Positions 37,021 to 50,045 of a stretch of DNA of 64,000 nt are shown here, piece after piece (the first letter of the stretch is position 1; each line of letters begins with the position of its first letter). A model generated the notes under the pieces. It did no database searches and was not told the DNA's origin. It was given only the letters and a program-made list of their open reading frames with translations. This DNA is from Hypanus sabinus (lineage: Eukaryota). The DNA lies in contig NC_082730.1 of assembly GCF_030144855.1 (NCBI RefSeq), positions 13,516,001-13,580,000 on the forward strand. Direction: 5' to 3'. A program made the translations under genes and the position numbers.

Positions 37021-39212
37021 CTAAAAATACAAACATAACCAAAATAAATAAGACCAGCTTGAAACATGCTTAGTCAAATGCAAATTTTAACTTCCACTGG
37101 AACTTCAGATAGGAAAAGGAGAACTGAAATACATGGTGTGTCAATTTTCTGGAAGAATCCGATCTATTCTTCGTAAGTTGACAACACTTCAGACTTTGTG
37201 TAATGGTTTAAATCACTACTCACAATAAATCTTTACATGGAAGTCATGAGTGTTAAACAGGGACTTTGTTTTGGCTATTGTTAAGCAAACTACGTCAGTC
37301 ATGTGTGTGAACTTAAATCTCTTTATATATTCTGAATCTGTTGCACTGTTTAATTCCCATTCATTCACTGTGAACTAGATTGTATAATAATTTTCAGATT
37401 TGGGTATAGTTGGTGATTGCCTTTTTCTATGCATAATGTATTAGGTGTCTATTCAAATTTCTTATGGGCATGTAAAAGGCAACTGTCTCATTCCTTGTTG
37501 TTTCAAGGAAGGTCCATATGAGAATGGTTACTGGGTTGAAGGACTTTGCTTGGAAACAAAGGCTGGAGTAAGTGGGAATGTTTTCTTTGGGGAAGGCTGA
37601 GAGGATAATTGGATAGAAGCATATAAAGTGCTGAGGTTGGTGGACAAAGTGGATAATGGGAGACTGCAGAAACTGGCTATCTTGAGTAATGCCCACAAAA
37701 TATTGGGGGACACAGCAGCTCAGACGGTATCTACGGAGGGGAATAAACAGTTGTCATTTTGGTCTGAGACATATTGGGATTGGAAAGGAAGGGCAGAAAG
37801 CCAGATTGGCTTCTTTCTTTCCAGTCTCAATGGAGGTTCTCGACCCAAAATGTCAACTGTTTATTTCTTTCCATGGATGTTGTCTGATCTTCTGAGTTCC
37901 TCAAGCATTTTGTGCGTTTGGATGGTGGGAGGCTGTTCCAGTTGGCAGAGTAGTCAGGGACTAAAGGTATCAATATAAAATAAAGGAGAAGAAAAGTAAA
38001 AGTCATGTCAGGAATTGCTTTGTTATGCAACATGTGGTTGGAATCTGGACTGCACTGCCTGCAGATGTGGAGAAGGTAGGCTTCCTTGTAGCCTTCAAAA
38101 GAGAATTAGATAAATGTGTGGCGAAGAATGATTTGAAGAATGGGCTGGTATGGAACTCACTAGTGAGTTACATTGGTTGAAAGCTGGCAAAGACATGATG
38201 GGCCCAATTGCTTCCTCCTGTGTTGTAATCATTCTCTGATTCCATAATCTGGACTGATGCTGCATGGCTAACCAGAGGGAATGCTTCAATATGGACATAT
38301 ATTTAAGGCAGAGATCGATAGATTCTTGATTAGTCAGGGCATGAAGGGAAGTGGGAAGCAGGCAGGAGATTAGGTCTGAGAAGGAAAATGGATCAGCCAT
38401 GATGAGATTGCTGAGCTGACTTGATAGGCCAGATGGCCTAATTCTGCTCCTATATCGTATGGTCATGTGACATCAAGGGAATGCCCTTCAGTTGGACAAA
38501 AATGATTACCAAGGCACCACTTGGAAGAGCAGAAGCTAATCCTGATATCCTTTAACCAACGCCACCAAACAGATAATCTCATCGTTATCTCTTTGCTCTT
38601 TGCTGTACTTTTGCCTTGACTGCCATATTTTCCTCCAATAGCACTGTGATGGCATTTCAACCATTATTCATTCTTTATAAAGTAGTCAGGACAATTTGTG
38701 GTGAGAAATGTACAATATATGTATAAGTCTGATCGGTTCAGTTGTTCTCTGATCTTGGCAATTTATTTGCAAAGTTCCATCACAAGGGGACATCATCCTC
38801 ACATGGTGATGAAATGTTTGAAGATGGATGCCAAGACCGGAGAACGACTCAACCCAACCATCAACCACCTGAGCTACACATTTTCCGAGTTATTTCCAAG
38901 TATAAATATATTTCTCCATGGAAGAATTCCTTCAAGGGCATCTGAACTGCAATACTGGTCTTATTTTGATGTTGCCGGCTGCTCATTTATTCTCTAATCT
39001 TGTAATTCTGCACCTTATCTAATTACACGTCTGCCTTCCTTTCTGAGTTTCCATCACGGTTTGTAAGTATCCACTGGATTCATTTAGTATTGGCTTGTAG
39101 TCTCTCTGGTTGGCTCCACTTAAATCCAACTCACACACACAAGAACATTTTCATAGAACAGGGAGGCAAATGCAAGGCAGAACTTATATGAACTGTTACT
39201 CTGCAGATTTAC

Positions 39213-39298
39213 CATTTCCTGTCTGATGGTTATACCAGCATCCTATCTCCCTATCATACTGGAAAATGCTACTGATGCATATGTTAAAATGCCCTTTC
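39213..39298 (-). other. Candidate cryptic/alternative ITIM exon of gene A with in-frame TAG
   Basis: CTAAC branch-like motif plus CAG acceptor; (G)KGILTYASVAFSSMIGR*DAGITIRQEM; donor ATG|GTAAAT; 86 nt, phase 1 to 0. Confidence 0.35.
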
Positions 39299-39338
39299 CT
39301 GAGACTTTTGAACTCTTGTTAGAATTGATCCCACTCAC

Positions 39339-39410
39339 CTGTCTCTTGCCCTTCAATTGCCTGCATCCCTTTAAATTCCACTTTGCAGCCATCCATATGT
39401 TCATTCAGAG
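39339..39410 (-). CDS. Gene A cytoplasmic exon: (A)LNEHMDGCKVEFKGMQAIEGQET
   Basis: Acceptor ttaattattcacag, donor CAG|GTGAGT, 72 nt, phase 1-1, open frame. Confidence 0.65.
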
Positions 39411-39717
39411 CTGTGAATAATTAAATGCAAAGGCTGACCCTCAAAGATTGAGCCCAGTCAATAATTATCATTCCAGTGAAAAGTGAACCAGTTGTAAACT
39501 ACTTTAGACCAATCATATTGATTGGGCTAGATTTGGTTACTATTCAGCTTTGCTTCACTTGAAGGAGACAACTTCATTTCCCCAGGCCATCAGACTCCTC
39601 AATACCCAGAGTCTAGACTGACAACTACATCATTTATTATTATGTTGAAATTTGTCCTCTTCTGTGCCTACTGTCTTGCTATTATTAATTAATTAATTAA
39701 TCATTGCACTGTCCTGC

Positions 39718-39925
39718 ACGAGGAAATCTGCAAATGCTGGAAATTCAAGCAACACACACAAAATGCTAGTGGAACGCAGAACGTCAGTCAGCATCTATAG
39801 GGAGAAGCACTGTCGACATTTCGGCCGAGACCCTGACGAAGGGTCTTGGCCTGAAACGTCGACAGCTCTTCTCCCTATAGATGCTGCCTGACCTGTTGCG
39901 TTCCACCAGCATTTTGTGTGTGTTG
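39718..39925. mobile_element. Palindromic Penelope-derived element
   Basis: Inverted arms. The plus strand has CTGACGA...GAAACGTC but a disrupted stem I. Confidence 0.8.
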
Positions 39926-41208
39926 ATTGTACTGCCCTGCACTGTTTTGTGCATTTTATGTAGTCCTGTGAAGGTCTGTAGTCTAGTGTAGTTTTTGTGT
40001 TGTTTTATGTAGTCTTGTGTCTCACGTAGTCTAGTGTAGTTCTGTGTTGTTTAATGTAGCACCATGGTCCTGGAGGAATGTTGTTTCGTTTTTACTGTGT
40101 ACTGTACCAGCAGTTTAATCGTCGAAATGACAATGAAAAGTGACTTGACTTAAGATCAAATTTTACACAGAAATCACTGAATTTAAGACCCTCCTTATAT
40201 TGTAGGATATTGGATATGTTGGAATTTTGGACTAATGTAATTTGTGCCTCATCTAACTATCCTTCTGCTCAAACCAAACAAAAATATAGAACACACACAC
40301 ACTAGGCAGCATCTACAGAAGTGAATAAGCAGTCGATGTTTTGGGCCGAGACTCTTCTTCAGGACTGGGAAGGAAGGCAGAAGATGCCGGAATAAAAAGG
40401 TGGGAAGAGGAGAAGGATGCTAGATAGAAGATGATAGGTAAAGGTAGGGTGGGGATGGTCAAGGGCTGGAGAAAAAGGAATCTGACAGATGAGGAGAGTG
40501 GGCAATAGGAGAAAGGGAAAGGAAAAACCCCCCTCACAGACCAAAAATGCAATATATGCATTAAAGCAATTCAATAAAATTACTTAGCAGGTAATCAGAT
40601 AGTGCCTGTTTTAACAAAAGAACAATTTAATGTGTTCCAGCTCACTTATTCAGTGTGTTGATAATTGTTCAAGAAAGTATAATTGTTTTGTTTCTTTCTG
40701 CAGTACCAAACAGGGGGATGGCCTTGACTCTGATAGATTGCTGACAAGCAGTCCTTTTAATTAACAAATAAAAATCACCTTTGTGTTGCTAACGTGACTC
40801 CCAAACATTTTGTTAATCATCAGCAAGAAACAATGCACGTTGCATTGTGTCACACACAAATTGTCGCCATGTCACTGGCAAGCCTGTCACCATTATATTG
40901 TGCTGAATAGACAGTGCAACAGAACTCCTATTCTTCCCAGAGAGATGAAGGAGGTTCCATCACTTTTGGCTGACTCTTTTATTGAGATCTATGCCAGAAT
41001 AAAATAAAAAAAAGTGAGGTTATTTAAATTAAATTCTGAGAAGAGTTCTGCCTGACAACACACATATAGTTCTTGAGTTCAAATGCAAGTGCATCATAGC
41101 AAATCAAGATATAACAATTTAAGTTTGTTTTACATCATGTGATTAGTGTTTCTTTGTAGTAAGGATTTACCTTAATGCAAAAAAATTTGCTTTATTTTCT
41201 GAACTTAC

Positions 41209-41309
41209 CTTTATTTTTCTGCTTTCTCACTTTTTTCAAAACTAGTACCAGGAGTCCAAGGGACACCGTAGTTAGTATTCCGAACACAAGTCCAAGTATT
41301 ATGAAAAGC
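41209..41309 (-). CDS. Gene A transmembrane exon: LFIILGLVFGILTTVSLGLLVLVLKKVRKQKNK
   Basis: Long polypyrimidine tract plus AAG acceptor, donor AAG|GTAAGT, 101 nt, phase 2 to 1. It encodes an uncharged helix followed by a basic stop-transfer cluster. Confidence 0.92.
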
Positions 41310-41788
41310 CTTGGTTTTTATGAAAAAGAGAGCAAAAAGAACAGTAAGAACAGAATGTATCAGCCAATTATGCACCATGAAAGATGATGGTTAATCATTT
41401 ATGAAATATAATTTACCTGATATAATGGCTAACATCAGATTACAATCTAGGACACTGAAGCTAACTTCAGTGCAGCTGAATGTTGGGAGTGTGTTCAACT
41501 GGCAGTCAATAATTTTTTTATGTGTTTAACCCTAGCAACCAATGTGGAATTACCCCACCTCCCCCATGAAAAGCAAAGTGGCATTGAGTCAGTGATCCTT
41601 CCACAATGTTTTAATAATAGATGGAGTTCTGATAAAGAGACATTGATTGCGTTCCCGCTCCCTTGCTGAAGCCCCAAGGACATAATCAATGTCTCTTTAT
41701 CAGAACTCCTTCTATCATAAAGTAACATTGGTTCACTGGTAACAGTGGCATTCCCTAGAAGCCCATTGACAATTGATCTCACTCTTAC

Positions 41789-41825
41789 CAGTTACCAACA
41801 TTATTCTGCTCAGCCACAGAGAGAC
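41789..41825 (-). CDS. Gene A stalk exon candidate 2: (G)LSVAEQNNVGN(W)
   Basis: aaaatcatag acceptor, CTG|GTAAGA donor, 37 nt, phase 1 to 2. Confidence 0.55.
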
Positions 41826-44800
41826 CTATGATTTTACGACCGAATATAAAAAAAATGAACTCCCTTCCTCGTTCCTCAACCACATAAATGACTCTACTGC
41901 AGCTTTTTAAAAAAAATTTCCAGTCAAAGTAAATTTATTATCAGTGTCACCAAATACTACCCTGAGATTCATTTTCAAGCAGGAACTCAAAGCAGAGCAA
42001 AGAAAAACCATAGAATCAATGAAAAATTACAATGATAAACAGCAATTGTTATTTCACAATTGATTGATCCTCTGTACAATTTTTATAGTCTCAGCCGGCA
42101 TGTGCTTTTGCTGAAACATGCTCATGGATATTGCTATCATAGGCATAAATACACAGAGTACAAATGCCATGAAGATTAACTTTATAATGACAGATAGACC
42201 CTCACAGTGGTAGTACTGTTATTAAATCGAACAGTGATATCATAAAATCTACCTCAGATATTCTCTTTTCATTGGGCAAAATATATAAAAACCTGACAGC
42301 AGGCTCAAGGACAGCAACTATCATGCCATCTGGTGGTATGACTACTGAATAGTCTCCTGAAACAAAAAGATGAACTCTTAACTTCATAATCTATCTTGTT
42401 ATGACCTTGCACCTTATTGTCTGACTGCACTGCACTTTCTCTGTAATTGTAACACTTCTTGTCTTCATTTTAATATTGTTTTACCTTGGACTACCTCAAT
42501 ACACCATTGTAATGAAATGATCTGTATGGACAGCATGCAAAACAATATTTTACATTGTCCCTCTGTACACCTGATAATAATAAGACAATTTACTAAACCA
42601 ATTGCTAATTTACAAATTAGTGAATTGCACTTTCTAGTTTTATTCCCTTTAGTAGGTTTATGACATATATTATATTTGGGTGCAAACTAAAGTAAAAGCA
42701 AAAGCCTGAATGAGGTTGTGTTGTAGAAAATGTAATTCTGGAGTAACACACTCATGCTGGAGGAACTCAGCAGGTCAGGCTGCATCTATTAAGAAGAATC
42801 AACAGTTGACGTTTTGGGCCAAGAGTCTTCATTAGGTCCCGATGAAGGGTCCCGGTCTGAAATGTCAACAGTTTATTCCCCAACATTTTATGTGTGTTGC
42901 TCTAGATTTCCAACATTTCCAACTGAGAATCTCTTGTTCTTTGAATTCTGGAAACTAATATTAAATGATGTGTTGAAGATTTCTTCCAGTCTATGCTGAA
43001 GATTTGTGCAGACCCAGCTGGGTACTGGTGAAAGATGGAAAGACACCCCAAATTTGGCAGTTTGATAGTTTATTGGTAGGTTGATCTCCAAGTTTGCTGG
43101 TGATTAATGAAAATGATGCTGTTCGAGATTGTCACCAGATTACGCTTAATGTCAGTCTTCTGGAATATATTTTATCAGTTGTTAATTTATGTATGGTAAT
43201 ATTATTTTATGTGTTGTGTGAGTTATGTATATGTATTGTGTTGTACACCTTGGTCTGGAGGAACGTTGTTTTGTTTGAACTTGAACTTGATGGGGGAGGG
43301 TCAATTTTCACTCTTCAGCTGATGGTTCAACAGGAATCGATGGAAATTAGGGAATATCTGTGAATCTCTGTAACAGTTAACTGGTGGGGGCAGAAAAATG
43401 AACCCTCAATACTGTGCTGCACTGAACTGATGGCATGCACTAGCAGGTGAATGGCAAGTCATCTGGCCCTAAGGTCGACCACTGAGCTCAGCACTAGGGC
43501 ACATGTGGAGCCAAGGATGGCCACAAACTCTTCCCCTCTGCTTTACCCCTCGCAAAACTGGTGCATCTGGCAACATCCTATTTTGCTTAGTGGGGAGTCA
43601 TTGAGTTTCACAAAAAAAGTACCTGGAATTACCCATGTTTCCCACTTGAAATTTTCATCCATTTACACATTGACAATTTTTAACATTTTATCAATGTTAT
43701 AAATTAGCTTATTTGTTACATGTACATCGAAGTGCTAACACATACAGTGAAATGCAGCATTTTGCATCCAAGACCAATACAGTGCGAGGATTGAGCTGGA
43801 CGTGTTACCACGCTTCCAGTGCCCACATAGCATTACCATAACTCACTAACCCCAACTCTAATCCACCCAGCTTTAGAAAACGGGAGGAAGCTGGAGAACC
43901 CAGAGGAAACCCACACAGTCATGAGGAGAGCATACAAAATCCTTACAGACAGCAATGGGAATTGAATCCTGTTTGTTGATTGTTGATGCTATAGAGCGAT
44001 TGCACAAACCGATACAATACTGTGCCATCCCTTATCGATTTATTTTATTAAACACTCCATAGTTTTCTTCAAATGGTTTTCAAAGCAACCTGGAATCAGT
44101 GCAAGGGACTGTGGCAGGGCAAGCTGTCTGAGGAGTATTGGGTTGTTTGGTTGCCCTGACCAAGTTTCCACAGCAGGGTCACCACTCACAGAAGGCTCTT
44201 TCGGGAAGGTGGGCAGCAGGAGTGAGGAGATGGGTGAGACGCTGGGAAGCTTGTGGCTACATAAGAGAAATCAGGCTGCTGGCATCTCACAAGAGATGGG
44301 AGCTGGGCTCAGGGCAATGAAAACCCTGCTGAGTAGGTGCCCTTTCTCTCCATGTGTACAGTCCACAACAAGGAAGCTATCTCCTTGATGGTAAAGAAAA
44401 CTGAAAAAAAAATTGAGCCCACATAAAATTGGAGCACCAGCCGTTCCCACTATCAAAGACTTCTTCCATCATTATGTACCTCCACCATCTGGGACAGGCC
44501 CTATCATCATTACTACCAACAGGGAGAAGGTATAGGAGCCTGGAGACCTGTAGTTAACATTTTAGAAAAGAGCTTCTTCCTCTCTGCCATCAGACTTCTG
44601 AACTGTCTTTGAACCCATGAACACAACTCATTTTATTTCTGTTCTTTCTCCACATTATTTATTTGTTTATTTTTGTGCATTTTTATATTTGTATGATCTT
44701 GCACTGCACAGCTGCCACAAAACAACATATGTCAGTGATAATAAATCTCACTTATAACAGCATGGTTGTAACATCAACATACCCACCTGTCCCTTATGAC

Positions 44801-46125
44801 CTTTCACCCCCTTACCTAACAAATACTTCTTTCCAAAATTCAGAGGTTTCAATTGAACTACCCTTTGAGGAAGAAAGGTTCAAAGACTCGTAAACTAAGA
44901 GAAATGGCTTCATGTTAACTCTGCCTGATATGGATGATCCTTGAATTTTAAACAGTGGTTCCTAATTCTAGATTCTCTCACAAGAGGGAGTAGTATATTC
45001 ATGTCCAGACTCTCAACACTCTTGCATGTTTTCATCTAGTTTCCTCTCAAACTTCCCTATTCCAGTGGATACAAACTATCTGCCCAAACTTCCTTTAAAA
45101 GACTTCCAGGTATTAATCTATAAAGTTGGATATGTAGGAGGGTGAAAATTTTAACAGATTGGATAGGTAGAGTGCATTTTCCCTCAAACAAAGGTGGCTG
45201 AGAGATGAGGCAAATAAAGTTCTGAGAGGCACAGGGAGGTAGATAGAAAATAATCTGTTTCCCATGGTAAGGGTGTCTAAAGGCAAAGGGTAAAGGTGGG
45301 AGTGCAGAGATTTAAAGGGGATAGTGGAGCAGTAAAACTAACGACTTTTATCCAGACAGGTAATTGACTGAGCATGACATAAAGGGATCTGAACTTATTG
45401 AATGGAATTAGTATAGATAAGCAAGATGACCAGTATATAACTGGAAGATCAAATGGCTTGTTCTTTGCTGTACGTTTCACCGATTCTATGACTCTACAGC
45501 ACTGTGTAAAAGTTTTAGGCACATGTATATCGTTAGGATGCCGAAGATTTTTACACAGTACCATGGTAGTTTTATTTATTGCACTGTACAGCTTTTGCAC
45601 GAAGCAAATTCAGGACAAATGTGAGTGATGGTAAACCTAATTCTGATGTGGGTCTTTATTGTGAGCTAATAGTGGGGAGGAGGCAGGGAGAGGGGAATCG
45701 TGGTTGTGATAAAGGGAAGGGAGAGGGGAGGAAGTGGGAAGAACTAGAGAGACATTCTGTAATGATCAATAAACTAGTTGTTTGGAATCAAGTGACCTTC
45801 CCTGGTGGTCTGAGTATGTGTCCACCCGCAACTTCCCCCCAACCGCCCCTGGCACTCCTTCTCTGCCACCTGTTCCACACCCCTCCCACGCCACTCCACC
45901 CTCACCATGCCCAAAATCCTCTGCTCCCACCAGGTTTACAAACTCGATCCCTACTTCACATTGACAAATACAGAGCTGTGCTAAAGTCTTTGGCAGCCTA
46001 GCTATACTCGTATGTACCTGTATGTGCCCAAGTCTTTTACACAGATTCATTAAGGTCTCAGTAATATCCCATTTTATTACTTTGTTGTATTTGGGTTGGT
46101 CCACAACAAGAAAATGGACATTTAC

Positions 46126-46162
46126 CTGAGTTTTTGTTTGTCTGTAGGAAGTAACTTTTGAC
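46126..46162 (-). CDS. Gene A stalk exon candidate 1: (G)QKLLPTDKQKL(R)
   Basis: tttatatgtttttaacag acceptor, CAG|GTAAAT donor, 37 nt, phase 1 to 2. Confidence 0.55.
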
Positions 46163-46464
46163 CTGTTAAAAACATATAAAAGCATTATTTTGCTATTTAT
46201 GCATTTCTTGATTCATTTTCAACTGTTATCATGAAATACAGATAAATAAAAAGCTCATTGTGCTAGACTAACAAGGGAAATTTTCAAGAGAAAACAGAGA
46301 AGAAGATGTATAATCTGTGAATTTCAGGTTTTTCTTTGTTCTTTCTCCAACACACTTTTACTAATTTACCAACTGTTCAGCTCCATAGGCAGAACATCAC
46401 TTTGGCGGCTCTGTTATCACCTTCTCAGAGATTTCCCTTAGTCCTATCTATTTTTAGCACCTTC

Positions 46465-46658
46465 TGTGGTAAACTATGTATACCTGTCTGGACACGCCCC
46501 TCTGCTGACTGCTCCTGTGGCTCCTCCCACTGACCCCTGTATAAAGGCGATTGGAGGCACTGCTCCCCCCTCAGTCTCCGAGATGCTGTGCTCCATTTTG
46601 CTGCTAATAAAAGCCTATCATTCACCTCCTGTCTCTGAGAGTTATTGATGGTGCATCA
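46465..46658 (+). mobile_element. Probable solo LTR (Gypsy-type)
   Basis: TG...CA ends, internal TATAAA followed by AATAAA; no clean target-site duplication. Confidence 0.65.
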
Positions 46659-47994
46659 GTTTCTCTGAAGCTTAAAAAATAGAAACTAACAGTTTTCTCA
46701 CACCTTCTGACGTGATAAATGACCTTCAATTTGAATGATAACTCTGTATCTCTTTCCAAATATGCTCCCTACCCTGCTGATTGTTACCACCATTTTCAAT
46801 TGAGTTCTGCTTGATCCATTATAAGGAAAAGAGCAAATGGAGAAGGAGAAAACAAAGTGATATATAAAACTTGATCTACCTTTCATAATCTTACACAGCT
46901 TTGTTTCTTACTCTCCAACTGCCTTCATAATCTGTCAACCAAGTGGTTTAATAAACAACATATCACCGTGGCAATTCTGCACTCACTCTCTCAGATATAT
47001 CACAACCTCATCCTTTTGCAACTTAAAACTACTTTTTTTATATTCAGTTTTCCAGTTTGATGAATGACCTTCAAACTGAAACAAACCATCTTTCTGCAGA
47101 TGCTACCTGACCTACTGAGTGTTTTCAGCATTTTCTGATTTTAATTAGGATTTCCAGCATTTGCAGTTTTTAAAATATTTTCATTGTCTATTAAAATGGT
47201 CCACTTATCCTCTGTGATATCAGTTTTCTTCTGTACGATTAGAGCTCCATTCTTTCAGGCAAATGGAGGTGACTCCAACATATTTCTACCTTGTCGATGG
47301 TGAACTGGCACTGGGGAGTCAGCGGGTGAGATACCCAGCCTCTGTCCTGATCTTGGGACCAGAGAATTAATGATTATTCCATTTGTGTCGAGATACAGCA
47401 TACTACATGCCCAATGAGGCTACGCTACCCAACAATACCCATGTGATTAATTAACCTATTTACCTGTACATCTTTGGAATGTGTGGGGAAACCAGAGCAC
47501 CTGGAGGAACCCCACACGGTCATGGGGAGAACCTACAAACTCATCATAGGCAGTGATAGAATGGAACCTGGGTTCCCTGGCACTATAATAGAGTCATGCC
47601 AACTGCTATACTAACATGTCGCCCACTAATGTAACTAATTTGACTCAGTTTCTCACATACAAAAATGTAAAGGTGAATGTCAGACATGTTAACAAACATA
47701 AATTTGACCAAACAAATCATTCTGTTACACACAAAATGCTGGAAGAACTCAGCATGACAGGCAGCATCTATGGAAAGGAATAAACATTCAATACTTGAGG
47801 CCAAGACCTGATAAAAGGTCTTGCACAACACATTAACTGTTTATTCATTTCCATAGATGCTATCTGACCTGCTGAGTTCTTCCAGAATATTGTATGTGTC
47901 ACTCTGGATTTCCTGCATCTGCAGAACCTCTTGTGCTTTAAATCACTCTGATAGGTTAATAAAGGCAGTTAGAGGGAAAAAACAAAAAAATGAC

Positions 47995-48165
47995 CATATA
48001 AAAGAACAAACACAAAATACTGGAGGAACTCAGCAGGTCAGGAACCACCTATGGAGAGGAATAAACATCGACTGTTCATTCCTCTCCATAGATGCTGCCT
48101 GACCTGCTGAGTTCCTCCAGTATTTTGTGTTTGTTCCTTTGGATTTCCATCATCTGCAGAATATC
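47995..48165. mobile_element. Palindromic Penelope-derived element ~60 nt downstream of the gene A V exon donor
   Basis: Near-perfect ~70-nt inverted arms (ACACAAAATACTGGAGGAACTCAGCAGGTCAGG and complement). A second hairpin element is adjacent at ~47760-47940. Confidence 0.8.
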
Positions 48166-48223
48166 TTAAATTTATGCAAAGGATATACAAGTCTGGGACT
48201 TGCAGGTCAGAGTAATACCTTAC

Positions 48224-48559
48224 CTTCACGAACTTTAAGTTCTACGGCACTTAAAGGATCCAGAAGATGAGGCTTTTCTATTCCACACCAATACCAACCC
48301 TTATCACTTTTTGTTAATCTCTCTATTTGTATTGTAAGTTCTCCTTTTAGGTTGTTAGCTGCAATGGTTATTCTGCCATCTCCACTTTTCATCTCAGGGC
48401 CTTGCGTTTGTACTAAAACAGTACAGGTCCTGCGGTAGTATCCTTTGCACCAGTACTTCTGATAGTTTCTGAAAAACGTGTTAAACTTGCAAACGATTTC
48501 AACTCTATGTCCCACCGTTCCAGTTTTCACACTCGGTCCAGTTATGTCAGCGTATGTCA
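48224..48559 (-). CDS. Gene A V-type Ig exon (CD300/CMRF35-like domain)
   Basis: ttcacacttacag acceptor, GAA G|GTAAGG donor, 336 nt, phase 1-1. VEIVC...QKYWCKG...TC.VLV...SDKGWYWCG has two disulfides and the DxGWYWC motif. Confidence 0.95.
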
Positions 48560-48759
48560 CTGTAAGTGTGAAAATATAACATGTTGTAAAGCACAAGAGG
48601 TAAATGCTTATACTGCTGTGCACAAAATAGCTTATATAAAGAAGTAAGGGTTGGCATGGAAATGTTGGCTGAAGGGGCTATTTATGAGCTTTATGAGTCT
48701 TTGAATCCATTTAATTGAAACCCTCATGTAATTGCCATATACACTCGTTGGCCACCTTA

Positions 48760-49075
48760 CGAGGGGTGATTGATAAGTTCATGGCATAAGGTAGAAGGAG
48801 ATGAGTTATTAACTTAAAACTTTCTGCATAATCGAAGAGTTACTCTGCATGTGCATGTAACAAGAGTTGTATAACTCATCCCCTTCTACCTTAAACCACA
48901 AACTTATCAATCACCCATCTGTGGGCACTTTCTGGAGGTCCAAGATCCGTCTGCTCCACGACCACTGGACTAAGTGTGTAAATGTAGGAGGGGAATATAT
49001 TGAAAAATAAATGTCCTAGGTTTTCTAAAAATGACTCCTTCTACCTTAGGCCACAAACTTATCAATCATCCCTTG
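48760..49075. mobile_element. Mariner-type MITE
   Basis: TA-flanked ~40-bp TIRs (CGAGGGGTGATTGATAAGTTCATGGCATAAGGTAGAAGG and complement); a third TIR copy lies at ~48880-48917. Confidence 0.8.
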
Positions 49076-49589
49076 TATTAGGTACCTCTGTACCTTGTAA
49101 AGTGGCTTCTGAGTGTATGTCAATAAGGCCATAAGATATAGGAGCAGAATCGGGCCATTTGGCCCATTGAGTCTGCTCCTCCAAACCACCATGGCTGATT
49201 TATTATCCCTCTCAGCGCCATTGCATTAACTGCTCCACTCATTTTCCTTCCTCTGATCCTGTCTTTCATTTCCCTTGCCCTTCACACTTACTCTCTCTCT
49301 GCCTGGCTATCTTCTGGTCTAACTGTTTTACTTATAGTTGATTACATCTGTCCATGCACAGATCTATAAGTTGCTGAGTTTTATTTTCTTCTAAAGTCTA
49401 ACAGGCAAAGAATTACAAAACCACATTAGCTTGAAGACCACAGTCTGGGTCAGGAATGTTGGATGAGCGATCAGCTGGGGAATTCGCAGTGGGCCTGGAG
49501 GGTGTACGTGGGGTAAATTCTGATCTGTAACTAAAATCCAGCCCTTGGACTTGGAGTTGGGTGAAAACATCTAATACTGTTGCCTGGAT

Positions 49590-50045
49590 TGGAAAACAAG
49601 TCTTATGAGGCAAGGTTAGCAGAACTGAGGCTTCCTGTTTGGAGCACAGAAGGATGAGAGGGGACTTGACAGAGGTCTACAAGATTATGAGAGGCACAGA
49701 TAAGGTGGATAGCCAGTACCTGTTTCCCAGGGCACAAATAGGAAACACCAGAGGGCATATGTACAAAGTTCAGTGAGGGAAGTTTAGGGGAGACATCAGG
49801 GGTAAGTTCTTTACACAGAGGGTTGTGGGTGCCTGGAATGACTTGCCAGGGGGGTGATGGCGTCTGAAACATTAGGGGTACTTAAGAGCCTCTTGGACAG
49901 GCACATGGATGAAAGAAAGATAGAGGGTTACGGGGTAGAATGGGTTTAGTACTTTTTTTAAGGGAATATATATGGGTCGGCACAATATCAAGGGCCGAAG
50001 GGCCTGTACTGTGCTGTAGTATTCTAGTGTTGTAGTGTCTAGTGT
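49590..50045 (+). mobile_element. CR1 LINE 3' fragment
   Basis: RRMRGDLTEVYKIMRG motif and (CTAGTGT)n-like tail. Confidence 0.88.

Noticed and set aside
40640-40745. Tyrosine-containing cytoplasmic exon of gene A
   Set aside because: Weak acceptor, and the frame stops immediately before the donor; better-supported exons complete the gene.
44150-44220. Pro/Ser-rich 67-nt stalk exon of gene A
   Set aside because: It is plausible alone (phase 1 to 2) but contains a CC pair, lies in repeat-like sequence, and does not reconcile the two 37-nt exons.
46770-46830. Exon behind the long polypyrimidine tract near 46830
   Set aside because: Phase-1 entry from the V exon gives an immediate TGA.
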